From positions 558,001 through 622,000 of the forward strand of contig AP026129.1 in assembly GCA_030295235.1 (NCBI GenBank): 64,000 bases of DNA, in the 5' to 3' direction. Origin of the DNA: Fistulifera solaris (taxonomy: Eukaryota). Shown piece by piece: positions 25,351 to 36,672 of the stretch. The translations under genes and the position numbers were made by a program. Below the pieces are notes generated by a model. The model was not told the origin of the DNA. It did no database searches and saw nothing but the letters and a program-made list of their open reading frames with translations. How positions within the stretch are numbered: position 1 is the first letter of the stretch; every line of letters starts with the position of its first letter.

Positions 25351-26702
25351 AAAAACATTCATGTACGGACCATGAAAGATCTGACCCACGAGTTGGCATC
25401 GGTACAAGTCGTCTTGTACAATTGTGCCACTCAAGTGTTGATCTCAGTCAAAACAATCATCCATTCGCACAACAATCAAACTGCAATTCGATGATTTCGT
25501 CAGAAATTCATCGACGGAGAATACGGTACCGGTAGCCATATCGGCTGTGAATAATACGCGGTAAAGGTAGCGCAATAAACCAACCATGACGCCACTGAAA
25601 AGTCTAGGAGTCGTTGGATTGTCCGCCGTTCTTCGCGGTGCTTTCTTTGCTTTGGCTTAACGCTCATTGCATATTTGTGCGACTAGAGTAAAAGCAGATG
25701 GATTGTCATCGAAATCGCACAAGGGCATGCTTTAATTTGGAGCAACCTGGCTTGGAAACTTTGGGCAGTGTCGCCAAATACAAGGCTTTCGTTCGTTCAA
25801 GCGGCGTCGTGAGGGTGTCGATTTACGACCTATCGCGCTGTGAAGCACCAACGAAAACTACAATAAGGTGAATTGATAGCTATATTTGGAGCCGGCGGAT
25901 CGAGGCTTTCTTGTGGCATGATGGCAGGGGCGACAAAATTGAAGCAATTGATCTGTTGAACGACGCACTCGACTTGGCAATGAAGCTGGTTGCTGGGATC
26001 GAAATACACTGGCGTGAGCTCTGGACTTGAACGGTCCGTCTTCAGCAAGTGTTCGAACAATACGAAACCAGATGTTCTCGTCTTAGTCCGGCCTTCTACC
26101 TGATGACAGATCTCTTTCTTTCCTCTAGCATTGGGTCTAGAAAGCGACCTATTGGGAATATTGCGTATCAAAGCTTTCGACGAATCCATGTCCGCTTCAT
26201 CTGCCGGAGTAAACGTGAACGTTTCTTAACTTCGTCAACTATGAAGAGAAAGGTTTTGTGAGGTGCTGCTGGTTCGACATGTCTTTCCATTCGGGCGAAT
26301 ATCTGCAGATGCTTAAGCGTCGCCTTTCTTGTCTTTCCGCGCTAAGGACGAAGCGTGCGTTAATGCAACATTCTCACAGAGCACCCATTCCTTAGAGGCG
26401 CTGGACTCTCCTTATTAAGGTAGTAAGCAGCATGGACTTTTAGTGTAGCGTAAAAATTAGACCCATCGCAATTTAGTTTTCAGTCTTCACTCTTCATCTC
26501 AAGAATCACGACTCTCATCACATACTTTTGTAAGTCATGAGTTGGACGTATTCCGCTTACACTTTATTCCAGAGCAAAAAAAATTTAATCCCTAGGACAA
26601 AACAAAACACCAAAGATCCCCAACGACAAAACGAAACAACACACACCGCATCACCTGTTGCCTTTCATTCACTACCATTGTTATTGCTAAGTTTTCGCTG
26701 CA

Positions 26703-27395
26703 ATGACCCGTTTTCTCCTTCAAACGCTTCTTTCCTTTCTGCTTTTGGTAGGCATGTCGGTGTCCGGAGCACCAGAAGCCGATCAACATGAGATGTGTTC
26801 TGAATGGGCCGATCGCGGGGAGTGTGAATCGAATCCAGGTTATATGCTAATCAATTGCGCAACAAGCTGTGCTGCCGTTAGTTCACAGCAGGAAACAATC
26901 GCCGATTCGTTTTACGACTTATCCGCGAACGACATTCATGGGAATCTCATTCCTTTTTCTCAATTTTCCGGCAAGGTTGTCGTGATGACGAATGTCGCGA
27001 GTTATTGTGGATACACCGAGTCGCATTATCGTGGCTTGGTACTATTGTGGGAGGCCGTCAAACACCAACCTGTTGAAATTCTGGCATTTCCCTGCAATCA
27101 ATTCGGTCAGCAAGAACCGAAAAGTCCTCCCGAAATTCTGCAATTTGCGACGAACAAGGGCGTCGAGTTCCGAATGATGGACAAGATTCAAGTAAATGGG
27201 CCTCAAACGCATCCCGTGTATCAATACGTCAAGCACAGAACGGGTGTGAAAGCCATTACATGGAATTTTGCCACGTACTTTGTGGTTGGACCGGATGGAA
27301 GTAGCGTCGATGCGTATTCGGGTGTTGAACCGATGGCGTTACAGCCGATCATTGAAGCCCTCTTGTCGGAAGACGAAACTGGTGAAGAGTTTTAA
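26703..27395 (+). CDS. Secreted/ER Cys-type glutathione peroxidase with an N-terminal ShKT-like domain
   Basis: Signal peptide; CSEWADRGECESNPGYMLINCATSC; GPx motifs NVASYCGYT (TGT Cys, not Sec), ILAFPCNQFGQQEP and WNF. Confidence 0.92.
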   Translation: MTRFLLQTLLSFLLLVGMSVSGAPEADQHEMCSEWADRGECESNPGYMLINCATSCAAVSSQQETIADSFYDLSANDIHGNLIPFSQFSGKVVVMTNVASYCGYTESHYRGLVLLWEAVKHQPVEILAFPCNQFGQQEPKSPPEILQFATNKGVEFRMMDKIQVNGPQTHPVYQYVKHRTGVKAITWNFATYFVVGPDGSSVDAYSGVEPMALQPIIEALLSEDETGEEF

Positions 27396-27674
27396 CATCG
27401 ATAGCAATCGAAAAGTAGCTACCTAGAACAGTTTGAGTTTAATTTTAAATATTATTAATTTTTTAGTTGAATTCTATTATTACAAAACAGCGGCCTCTTA
27501 CGACGAAGTTGTTTCCAGCGATGCAATCAAAATATCGTCGCCGTAACTCTCAGTTTTTTGAGATAAACAACAAAGTCAGCGCGTTGAACAAAGGCGATCA
27601 GGTTCAACGTGTAGGATTTTGATGGATCCAGCAGACCGTGCGATCGTTGTGAATGTTTGTGTCCGATGATTCTA

Positions 27675-28796
27675 TCAGAGATTCGCTTCCGCCAAAGCCT
27701 TTCCGGTTTTAGTTCGCGGTGATGGCAACGTGGCACCGGGTGCCACGGCTAGAATATTACTCCAGTACCCCATTCGGTAATGATTCGACGGGAAGGCGTA
27801 TTCCAGTTGAAAATACCATTCGCAATACTCTTGCAGATCGTACAGGGGACGGTACGCCGCCAGAGACTGCCAACCACGCGGTGCTCCGGGATCCGCCAGT
27901 ACCGGTAAAGCATACAATGTGTAATTGCTGAGCAAAAATCTTCCAGCATCTCAACTCCTATGCATTCGTTGGGTTTGCCGGCGGATAAATCGATCCCGCG
28001 CGGCCAAAATTCCGTCAAAACATATTGAACCTTATGTTGCTCCAAACTTTCTGTCAAACCCGAAAAAACGGTCGGTTCAAAGCCGTGTGTATCCACCTTT
28101 AGTATATAAGCCTGCAAATTGGGCAAAACAATATCATCTAATCGCATTGTCGGTACTTGAATGACTTGAAGACTGGTATCATTGTGCAGCTGTTGCTCCG
28201 CCATGGCCCACAAATCGTGACCTTCTTCTTGAACTCCTTTCCCCTGCGGGGGAAACAAGAAACGGAACCACCTCTTCACTAGTACTTCCCGCCGCAACTT
28301 GATACAAATGAATCCGTTGTTGAAGGTCGGCCGACGATTTTGCAACATCTTTCTCGACGCGTTGAAAGGAATTTGGAGACGGCTCGACACAGTGGACTTC
28401 GTACCCCGCTTTCGCGGCATTTATACATTGCGTAGCCCGGTGCATTCCCACTTCCATTACGATTCCTGCCGACTGTCCTTTTGATATACCTTCTTGAAGG
28501 AGATCCTGAAACACTTGGTCGGCGGAGATTTCCAATATATCATCACGAAGAACTAACAGCCCTAGTGCCTTTTGCTTTTCTTGATGTGTTTCTAGCATAA
28601 TATGTAACACTTCACGTTCCTCTTCGGCATACATCATCACCAAGACACAAAATGTGGCCATTAAAATCAGTCCGACTTTGAAAATGCTGACGGGGCCTCC
28701 GCGTTTTGCCGGCAGTTTCCGTCGCGGTCGTTTGAAAGATGTTGTGTGGTTTCCATTGGGCGGCAACGACGATGTAAGGCTTGCATTTGGTGGCAT
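27675..28796 (-). CDS. FkbM-family SAM methyltransferase with N-terminal TM anchor, copy 1 (at least two frameshifts; possibly a pseudogene)
   Basis: GIVMEVGMH, HCVEPSP, RLDDIV, ILKVDTHGFE, GYWSNIL spread over ORFs 28179-28796, 27749-28420 and 27675-27935; paralogous to 29479-30285. Confidence 0.8.
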
Positions 28797-29478
28797 TTCC
28801 TTCTGTGTCTACATAGACAATGACCTGATGAACTCTCTATGGCAACAACGACCTCCGAGAGAAGGAAGGTGAGCTACCGGTACCTGGTACACACCTGCTC
28901 CCACGCCAAACTGTGGATGGGATGGGGGCAACGACGATTATATTATTCTCGCGCACTCCGATCATCGATTGACAAAAATAGAGGCGCAATAAATTCGTGT
29001 TTCATGTCGGTATGACTTTTTCTTGATTCTTGTTTTATTGAACCACGAAGCAGTACCGTGTGAGGTATGGCACACGACTAATCCGTGGGCAATGAACTGA
29101 TTATTTTACAGTTTCTCAAAATGAGATGCTTTTGTGTACATAATCTTCAATCTGATTCACGATCGTGACTCTTTGTCGTAGGTAGAACGGATCATGGAAA
29201 TGGCGAGAGACATGGTCATTCTGTGCGTAAGTGTACACGGTATTTCACGTCAATACCGGGTGCCCCGCAATCCCCAATACGTCTTGAACACTGGAGTGCT
29301 ATGGTGAACAGTGACCGAGACCCTGTCTTTACAAAAGGCTAAACGCTAAACCACTTTTAGGTAAAAACAACCACCAAAGACGACCGTTTTGAAATTTGAC
29401 AACATAAAAGACCTACATACACTGAGTCGTCGACTGTGATTAGCCGTAGTCCTTTGACGTTTCATGTGAAAGCCAACA

Positions 29479-30285
29479 TTACAAAGTCGCCTTTCCGGCC
29501 AATGCTTTTCCCGTTTGCGTTTTAGGAGATGGCAAAGCGGCTCCAGGTGCGACAGCTAAAATATCACTCCAATAGCCCATTTTATAATCTTTCGAAGGAA
29601 ACGCTCGTTCCACATAAAAATACCATTCGCAGAAGGCTTGAACGTTGTGCAAGGGACGTTGCGGCACGATACTGGTCCATCCACGTGGTGCCAGAGGATG
29701 AGCAGCGACGGGCATGGCGTACAAAGTGTAACCGTATTTCAAAAAGGTTTCCAGCAGTTGAGCCCCAATGCATTCGTTTGGTCGACCCGCCAACAGATCC
29801 ATGCCACGCGGCCAAAATTCCGTCAAAACGTATTGAATTTTGTGTTGTTTCAAACTCTCTGTCAATCCGGAAAAGACCGTTGGCTCAAAGCCTTGTGTAT
29901 CCACTTTCAACAAAAAGGCCTTTTCGTTCGGTATGACAATGTCGTCTAGTTTCTTGGTCGGGACTTGAATAACTTGTGCTTTTGGGTCATTTTCTTGTTG
30001 CTTTTCTTCCATGGCCCACATATCGTGTCCACCCACATGATCTCCTGTGCCCCCAGAGGATGTAAAGGGAACAGTCCCTTCGCTCGAGCTCGACGCCGCG
30101 ACTTGATATAAATGAATTCGCTCTTGCACATCAGCAGGAGCTTTTAGAACTGCATTCTGTACACGTTGAAAGGAGTTTGGAGAGGGTTCGACGCAATGTG
30201 CGTGAAAGCCTGCTTTTGCCGCGTTCATGCATTGAATCGCCCGATGCATACCGACTTCCATGACAATGCCAGGGATCGGTGACAC
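29479..30285 (-). CDS. FkbM-family methyltransferase, copy 2; catalytic domain intact, 5' part missing
   Basis: GIVMEVGMH, CVEPSP, KKLDDIV, LLKVDTQGFEP. The ORF opens at a GTG just before motif I; the first ATG is at 30261. Confidence 0.85.
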   Translation of the reverse strand: MSPIPGIVMEVGMHRAIQCMNAAKAGFHAHCVEPSPNSFQRVQNAVLKAPADVQERIHLYQVAASSSSEGTVPFTSSGGTGDHVGGHDMWAMEEKQQENDPKAQVIQVPTKKLDDIVIPNEKAFLLKVDTQGFEPTVFSGLTESLKQHKIQYVLTEFWPRGMDLLAGRPNECIGAQLLETFLKYGYTLYAMPVAAHPLAPRGWTSIVPQRPLHNVQAFCEWYFYVERAFPSKDYKMGYWSDILAVAPGAALPSPKTQTGKALAGKATL

Positions 30286-31162
30286 GTGTAGCGTACGATG
30301 GAGCCGGCTTTCAAGGGTTTCAGTTGCAGCCCGAAGGGAAACGCACCGTCCAAGGATGTTTGGAAGACGTCTTGGGGCAGCGACTCAGGCAATCGGTTCG
30401 ATTGGTAGGAGCGGGACGTACCGATACGGGCGTACATGCTCGAGGTCAAGCGATTCACTTTGATTTGCAGTCACCTTTAAGTGAGCCGCTGTCTCAGATA
30501 GAACATTCAGTCAATGCCATGTTGCCGACCGACGTTTGTTTGTGGAACTTGTCCCTTGCCCCAACTCATCAACAAACGGACGATACAGAATCAACACAAT
30601 CGTCTCAACAATTTCTTTGGAACGTTCTTTACAATTCGGTAGGAAAATTGTATTCGTATCGACTGTGCTTAGCGCCGGTGATGAGTCCTCTGGAACGACA
30701 TCATCGGTGGCATCCAGATTCGTTGCATGGGAAAGCCGTCGATATATCCCTTTGCAACGACTATTGAAGAATTATGAAGGTACACACGATTTTCGCGCTT
30801 TTGCGGGAGCCTTAGAAGCGAATCAACGTCGATCGGGGCGGACAATGTCGACCGTACGAACTGTTTACAGCGCGAACTGGATCGTGGAAGATAAGGCACT
30901 GGGATATTATCGGATCGAGTTTCATTTACAAGGTGCTTTGTACAAGCAAGTACGGAACATGGTGGGAACAGCCATTGATGCCAGTCGAGGTAAAATCACA
31001 GAAGAGGCATTTTTAGACCTTTTGCACGGCAGCTCGGCAACAATGGAAAACGACCATCTACCAAGGAAACAACAAAAACGACGAGAAGACAACAAGTCTA
31101 AACCAGCGCCTCCACAAGGATTAACGTTAGAGCATGTTTACTTTGACGAAGAAGAGTTCTGA
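30279..31162 (+). CDS. truA: tRNA pseudouridine(38-40) synthase, TruA family; 5' end missing, frameshift at ~30750
   Basis: VAYDGAGFQGFQLQ, TVQG, GAGRTDTGVHARGQ, GTHDFRAF, GALYKQVRNMVG, APPQGLTLEHV. Confidence 0.92.
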
Positions 31163-31440
31163 TGCATGAAGATGATTTGCGATGGTTCTCGTGCCGCACT
31201 GCCGCTTCTATCGAACGTCACTCCATTTGGTACAGTATCGCTCGAAAGCAAGACTTCTTGTACGACATTTAGGGACAGTGTATCATGATAATGGTTCGGA
31301 GACTTAGTTTTCGAAAATGACATGACAAGGTCGCTCGGAGAATTGATGGCACTTATTCTCCCTTCACCGTTAGCTATTTGTCCCCGCAACAGATAGCTGA
31401 AGCGATACGGCAACTCTAGTCACTTTTCGTTTTCTTGCGT

Positions 31441-32837
31441 TCAGACATAGAAACGAGAGTTACTGCTTATCTTGCTCTCTTTTGAATCATCGATCAATTG
31501 ATAAAGTTGTAAATTTCCTGGCGAGGGTGTGTTACACGCCGGATCGTCGTCGTCGTATTCCTGTTCGGCGGGAAAGCGACGTTCTCCCGTCGAAACGGCC
31601 AACCACCTAGATCCATTACTCATTCGATGATAGGAGACACCATTTACCGCACAGGAATGCTCTGCGTGTTCTGGTTGCGCGTTTAATGACGACGCGAGAC
31701 GTATTTGGCCTCTCGATTGACCATTCTGTGCATTGTAGAGACGCACTGTACCATCTCGTCCCCCGACGAACAATGTATTATGTTCTGCATCGAAATCGAA
31801 ACCCAATCGTTGGTTGGTATCATTGACGGTGCTATAACTCTGCAATGCACCAGACGATGATTTCATTATTGAGTTGTCTTCCTCCTCCAGAGGTCGAAAC
31901 ATGCGCAAATCCCATGCCAAAACGACATTGGAACGACGACTAGCACTGAACATAGTATAAGCGTCATCAAACTGCAAATGTGTAACACCAGTTTGTGTCT
32001 TTTGCACGAGCCACTGCCATTTAGCGGACGATATCCATTCGTCTTCGGCGTTGTCGTTGTTTTGATCCGTGGAGACCCAGAAACGTCGTTTCCGTTTCAC
32101 GGAATGTTTCCCATGCCCCACCAAAGATAGCCCTATCAGCACTTGGGAAGGTGGCTGTCGTACATCGTACAAATAAATAGATCCAGGAGCATACGTGCCG
32201 ACCGCCAACAAGGCTTCGTGCTGTCGACTGTACGCCAGCGCCGATACGAGCCCTTTTGTCCATCCGTAGATCGTTTCGTATTCCCCAATTTCCAAATCGC
32301 TTGTGCTTGTCGTCCCGGACGATGCACATCAAACACATAGATACGCCGGTCGGTACGAAAGCCTCCGGCTACCAAAGTTTGTCCGTGGGTAGGATGAAAG
32401 ATGGCGACATTCGGTGCTTCGAGCTCGTCCAGCGCATTGTAGGGACAATAGGCGGCCCGGACTTTGCCGGTGTACGCATCGTACAAATGAACGGGTTGAT
32501 CTCGACTGGTAGTCAAGAAACAGCACGTATTTGGATCGTGTGATTGCATGTGCGGATACCACGCAAAGGAACGAATGGATTCGGCTGCCGAACAGTGTAG
32601 AGCAGCTTTCCAGTCGGAATCAGTGAATGCATCGGCGGTATTGTAGAGCCGCAGTGTCTTCCCAATGGAAGTCAAAATGCAAGAACCATCCGGCGAAAAC
32701 GAACATCCTTGGGGAAAGTCGTCGGTGTGATTGGAAGAAATTGTTGTGGAGGTTCGTGTGCAGTCACTCGCTTGGGCTTGCAACTTGGCTACCGCTGTTT
32801 CACCGCTGATCGGCAGTACTGATGATGTTGCTTCCAT
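31441..32837 (-). CDS. WRAP53: WD40 telomerase Cajal body protein 1 (WRAP53/TCAB1) homologue; frameshift at ~32255
   Basis: GCSFSPDGSCILT, WYPHM...CCFLTTSRDQPVHLYDAYTG.VRAAY, GQKGLVSAL, WDLR, TNQRLGFD, STGERRF. Confidence 0.88.
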
Positions 32838-32960
32838 TCTTTGTCTTCATAGGGTTGTAGTCTATAAATGTGTCTTCGAAGTAGCATTAAAGCGCTCAAT
32901 TACACACATCATCACACAACATTATTATTTTATGATGGTGGCGATCACTCCCATTTTTCG

Positions 32961-33200
32961 AGAAAATCTTTGCTTCCCCAGAAAATCTGGGGGTGTGGTG
33001 TCTTCACGTCTGCAGAAAATCTGGGTGAGTGGTGTCTTCACGCGCTCTGAAAATCTGGGCGTGTGGGCAGGTGTGGGGTCCTCAAATTCACAGAAAATCT
33101 GGATATCTTGTGTTTTCACGTCCACAGAAAATCTGTTCCATTAATCAGGTGCCCTGAAAATCTGGGAATGTGGTGAATTCACGTCCTACAGAAAAGCTGG
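32961..33200. repeat. Degenerate tandem array, unit ~34 bp (CAGAAAATCTGG...GTGGTGTCTTCACG)
   Basis: GAAAATCT at 32962, 32981, 33015, 33049, 33093, 33127 and 33156; GAAAAGCT at 33191. Confidence 0.9.
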
Positions 33201-33320
33201 AACCACAATTCATCTTTCTTCGCATTTATTACCAGGTAAAACCTTACTTGTACCCCTGCTGGTCAGCTTTGATTCGGCAGCCCATTGATAAATAAAATAA
33301 AATGAAATAAAGAAAGCTCA

Positions 33321-34292
33321 ATGACCATGAACGAATTCGACAGAGAACAGGAAGCAGCCCTCGATGAGGCACTCACTAATTTGCCGAAGATACTGGCCAA
33401 GCGGCTCAAGCTATTGGAGCAGCGCGAAGAAGAACTTCAAAAGTCGTTTGATCGATTGGAAAAGGAGAAAAAGAGTCTCGGCTGTGGAAATGCTAGCGAT
33501 GTGATTCACTTGAATGTGGGAGGCACATTGGTAGCGACTTTGCGTCGAACTTTGACGCATGTAGAGGATTCAATGCTGGCGGCTCGATTTTCGGGACGCT
33601 GGGACGAAAGCATCGAAAAAGATAAGGACGGAAACTTTTTCGTCGATCAATCCGCAGGACTTTTTCTACCCATGATCAACTATATTCGCAATATGCAGAA
33701 TCAAACGCCTTCCACAAGTCCTCCTCGGTCTCCAACGTATAGCGACTTTGCGAACACACACAAAGATTATGATGACTTTATTCGGATGGTTGAGTATTTT
33801 GGAGTGACTCTTGGAATTTACCCGGTGGAGTTGGTAGATTATACAGCAGATGATAAAGAGCACATTATGGTGACCGGTTCATCTTCATTGTTAAATGCAA
33901 CGTTTAGTGAGTGGAAAATTTGTGGAATAGTTCCGACAGGACACACCAGGAGGGTCAAAGGCTTCGAGGTGAAGATCGGCGACGCGGTGAACCTTCAAAT
34001 CGGATGGATTGAGGGGCCAGTTGGTACCAATACTGACGTTAGCAGCCATTCTGTTTCGGTACTTTTGGATGTCGCAAGAGGCGGCATTAGTTGTAATGGC
34101 CATTTTGAGTCGATCAGTGCCAGTCTTCAAAATGGGACGTTTGTGCGATGCAAGAATTATGGGAAGGAATGGTTCATTGATGGAGAACAGATTGTTGGAA
34201 ACTGGAGTATCACGTGGGAAACGGGAGGAGTTGTACCCGCTATGTCCGGGAAAGGCGAGTGGACGATTACTTCAGTCGAACTTGAGACCTGA
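33321..34292 (+). CDS. KCTD-type BTB/POZ domain protein
   Basis: N-terminal coiled coil; VIHLNVGG, TLRRTLT, SMLAARFSGRW, DKDGNFFVDQ, EYFGV. Confidence 0.88.
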   Translation: MTMNEFDREQEAALDEALTNLPKILAKRLKLLEQREEELQKSFDRLEKEKKSLGCGNASDVIHLNVGGTLVATLRRTLTHVEDSMLAARFSGRWDESIEKDKDGNFFVDQSAGLFLPMINYIRNMQNQTPSTSPPRSPTYSDFANTHKDYDDFIRMVEYFGVTLGIYPVELVDYTADDKEHIMVTGSSSLLNATFSEWKICGIVPTGHTRRVKGFEVKIGDAVNLQIGWIEGPVGTNTDVSSHSVSVLLDVARGGISCNGHFESISASLQNGTFVRCKNYGKEWFIDGEQIVGNWSITWETGGVVPAMSGKGEWTITSVELET

Positions 34293-34712
34293 GGCACTTA
34301 GCGTATCGTGACGTATTCATTTGAAGACTTAAGAAGTGATACACGCCGATTGAAATCGTCAACTGTCATCGAGGCCTAGTTTTGTTAGCAGCTAGGTCTT
34401 TTGAAGCGTTTAGACCAATTCACTAACATCTCCGAACGGATTGAACTAAACTAGGGAAACTACTTTTTAAGAAGATGAAGGGGCTTTTACTCGTCTCAAT
34501 CACATAGTGTTTCTTTTCGGAACCAATCATGAGCTCGCGACTCGCGAGGAGTAACGTGAATAAAGCAAGAAGCGTGACTGGACCGTGACGTCAGCGTGAC
34601 ATTTTCGCGGGTTCGCATTTTGTTTGTTCTTTTTTCGTCGCACATCATTCGCTTCGTTCGCGGCAACCTAAGTCGTCCTGTGTTCAATCACTGCACTCAA
34701 ACATCAGATTCA

Positions 34713-35276
34713 ATGAATCAAACAAAACAAATTATGACATCGCATTACCTTTTTCCGAATATGAAGTATCAACCGGATGGGCTGGACGCAGTTCCTCATT
34801 CCCCTGCTCGGCACTCCAAGATAATTCGATATTTGATACAGCCACAAACTGATTGTTCTCAGGAACATCCAAATACAAAAGTGACACACGGTTATGTGCT
34901 TCCGACGCAAGAAGAGCATTTTCGGCGGCCTACGTTACTACCTGAGAAAAAAGACAGGTTGTTCACTGATTCGAAATCCGATTTTATTCAACACAAGTTC
35001 GTTCAAAAAGTGACACGACGTGAGGATTGGGATAACAGAACCGCGACGACATCAACCACCATGACGACGTGTGACTCCAGTGCACCATCATCTCTTAACT
35101 CCTGGTATGAGCGAACTCCCTTCGTAGCCAAACAGAAGGAGGAATGGTACGGAGAACCGCTCGTACGCGTGCAACACAGATTTAGTGAAGAGCTGCAGCA
35201 ACTAAGGCACGAAAACGATATTTTAAGGTGGCAGTGTCAAACACTTCAACACCAACTGAAAAACAAATCTGGCTAG
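34713..35276 (+). CDS. Hypothetical protein with a C-terminal coiled coil
   Basis: Open frame from the ATG at 34713; S/T-rich stretch and terminal heptads; no domain recognised. Confidence 0.5.
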   Translation: MNQTKQIMTSHYLFPNMKYQPDGLDAVPHSPARHSKIIRYLIQPQTDCSQEHPNTKVTHGYVLPTQEEHFRRPTLLPEKKDRLFTDSKSDFIQHKFVQKVTRREDWDNRTATTSTTMTTCDSSAPSSLNSWYERTPFVAKQKEEWYGEPLVRVQHRFSEELQQLRHENDILRWQCQTLQHQLKNKSG

Positions 35277-35768
35277 TTTGTACAGACGATTGGCTATTCT
35301 ACATAGTTTTCAAATGCTCATTATTTTGTATGATTGTAAAAGTTAAGACTAAGATGCGATTACGTTGGCTTTTAGCGTCCAGAATGGTTGTTGATCTCTT
35401 CCATGATGCAGCGTAACTAAATCTATTCGTAGGGACTATGAAGATATGTCTGGACTAGTCTAGAAGTATAACATATTGGAGCTTATTGTTCTCATTCGTT
35501 TCACCATAGCACGTCACAACTAACAACATGACGTCACTTCTGCCGTCTGTACTGGTACGGTACGGTTTCGTTCCGCAACCAAGGAATAAAAATGAAAAGA
35601 AAAAAGAAAATGCTTCGCACCCTATTTTATTGCAATCGCACTTCCCTTATTATCCTCCTACTTCGGTTTATTCCTTTTATTTGCTGTTATTCATCATCGT
35701 ACATAGTATAGTAAATATCAAAAAACTTTCCGTTGTAAGATCATCTCTCGTATAAAAACGCTGCAGTC

Positions 35769-36608
35769 ATGACGAAAAAACGAGAAAGGACTTCTATCTT
35801 CGATGCGGTCCAAAGCATGGAAAAAGAAGACGCGCAGGCGGCACAACAACGTCGTAAAACGACTGCCCGAGAACAATTCAATAGCCAGGCAGCACTTTCT
35901 CAAACGAAAATCTTTCAGAGCCTAGTCGAATGTCGAATTCTATTGCAGCGTAGCGTACAAAGCAAAAATCAGCAAGACGAATCAATGGACGAAGAACAAT
36001 GCAATGAGCTACTGGTCGAGCTTTTGCGGGCGCGGCAGGCTTTGTGTAGTACTGATTCCGAAAAAAACTATAACGAAATTGTTTCAAATCCAGAACAGTT
36101 GTCACAAGTGTTGCAGCTCGAATACGAATCGCAACGAGAACAATGGAAGGAGGTGTTGGATCGCAGACATCAAAGCATTCGGTTACAGTCGGGCGGCGGC
36201 AGCGGAACAAAATTTCTCGGCAAGCACAGTAGCGCCGTGGATGCATCTTTTGGCAGCAAGTTGAATCAACTGTGCAACATGAAAAACTACGTCGGCAACA
36301 TCAAAACAGTTCTCAACCATTTGATGACTCCAAAGTCTATCAACAACTCTTGAAGGATTTTTGTGAGTCAACATGCTTCTCAACACGACCAAACGGGCGC
36401 AGCGGAACGGCTACGACCAAAGCACCCGTCGACGAAAAAGAACGTGGATCGTCGGGCAAGCAAGGGACGAAAAGTACGGTACGTAGTTCATTCGAAGTTG
36501 ACGAACTTTACATTTCCGCAAAATCGGACCACACAGACTATGCTGGACGCGGACGAGTGGTTCAAGAGTTTGTTTGGGGGCGTTGGAAATCGTGCTAGTG
36601 CTAATTAA
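35769..36608 (+). CDS. AATF: AATF/Bfr2 ribosome-biogenesis factor (two frameshifts, ~36245 and ~36365)
   Basis: LVECRILLQ, FDDSKVYQQLLKDF and VDRRASKGRKVRYVVHSKLTNF (TRAUB C-terminal motif). Confidence 0.88.
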
Positions 36609-36672
36609 ATAGAGAATAGTGAATAGATTTATTTGGCAAACAGTGCTCCCGTTTGTTAGAATTGAATCGTTT

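Noticed and set aside
25500..26450. Possible minus-strand gene remnant right of element 2
   Set aside because: Only fragments of 120 aa or less without motifs; cannot be supported.
27006..27008. Selenocysteine GPx
   Set aside because: The active-site codon is TGT (Cys) and there is no in-frame TGA.
32961..33200. CRISPR array or telomerase-RNA-like locus next to WRAP53
   Set aside because: Eukaryotic context, no cas genes, the constant core is only 8-12 bp and the intervening parts are homologous to each other. No template-like or H/ACA features could be supported.
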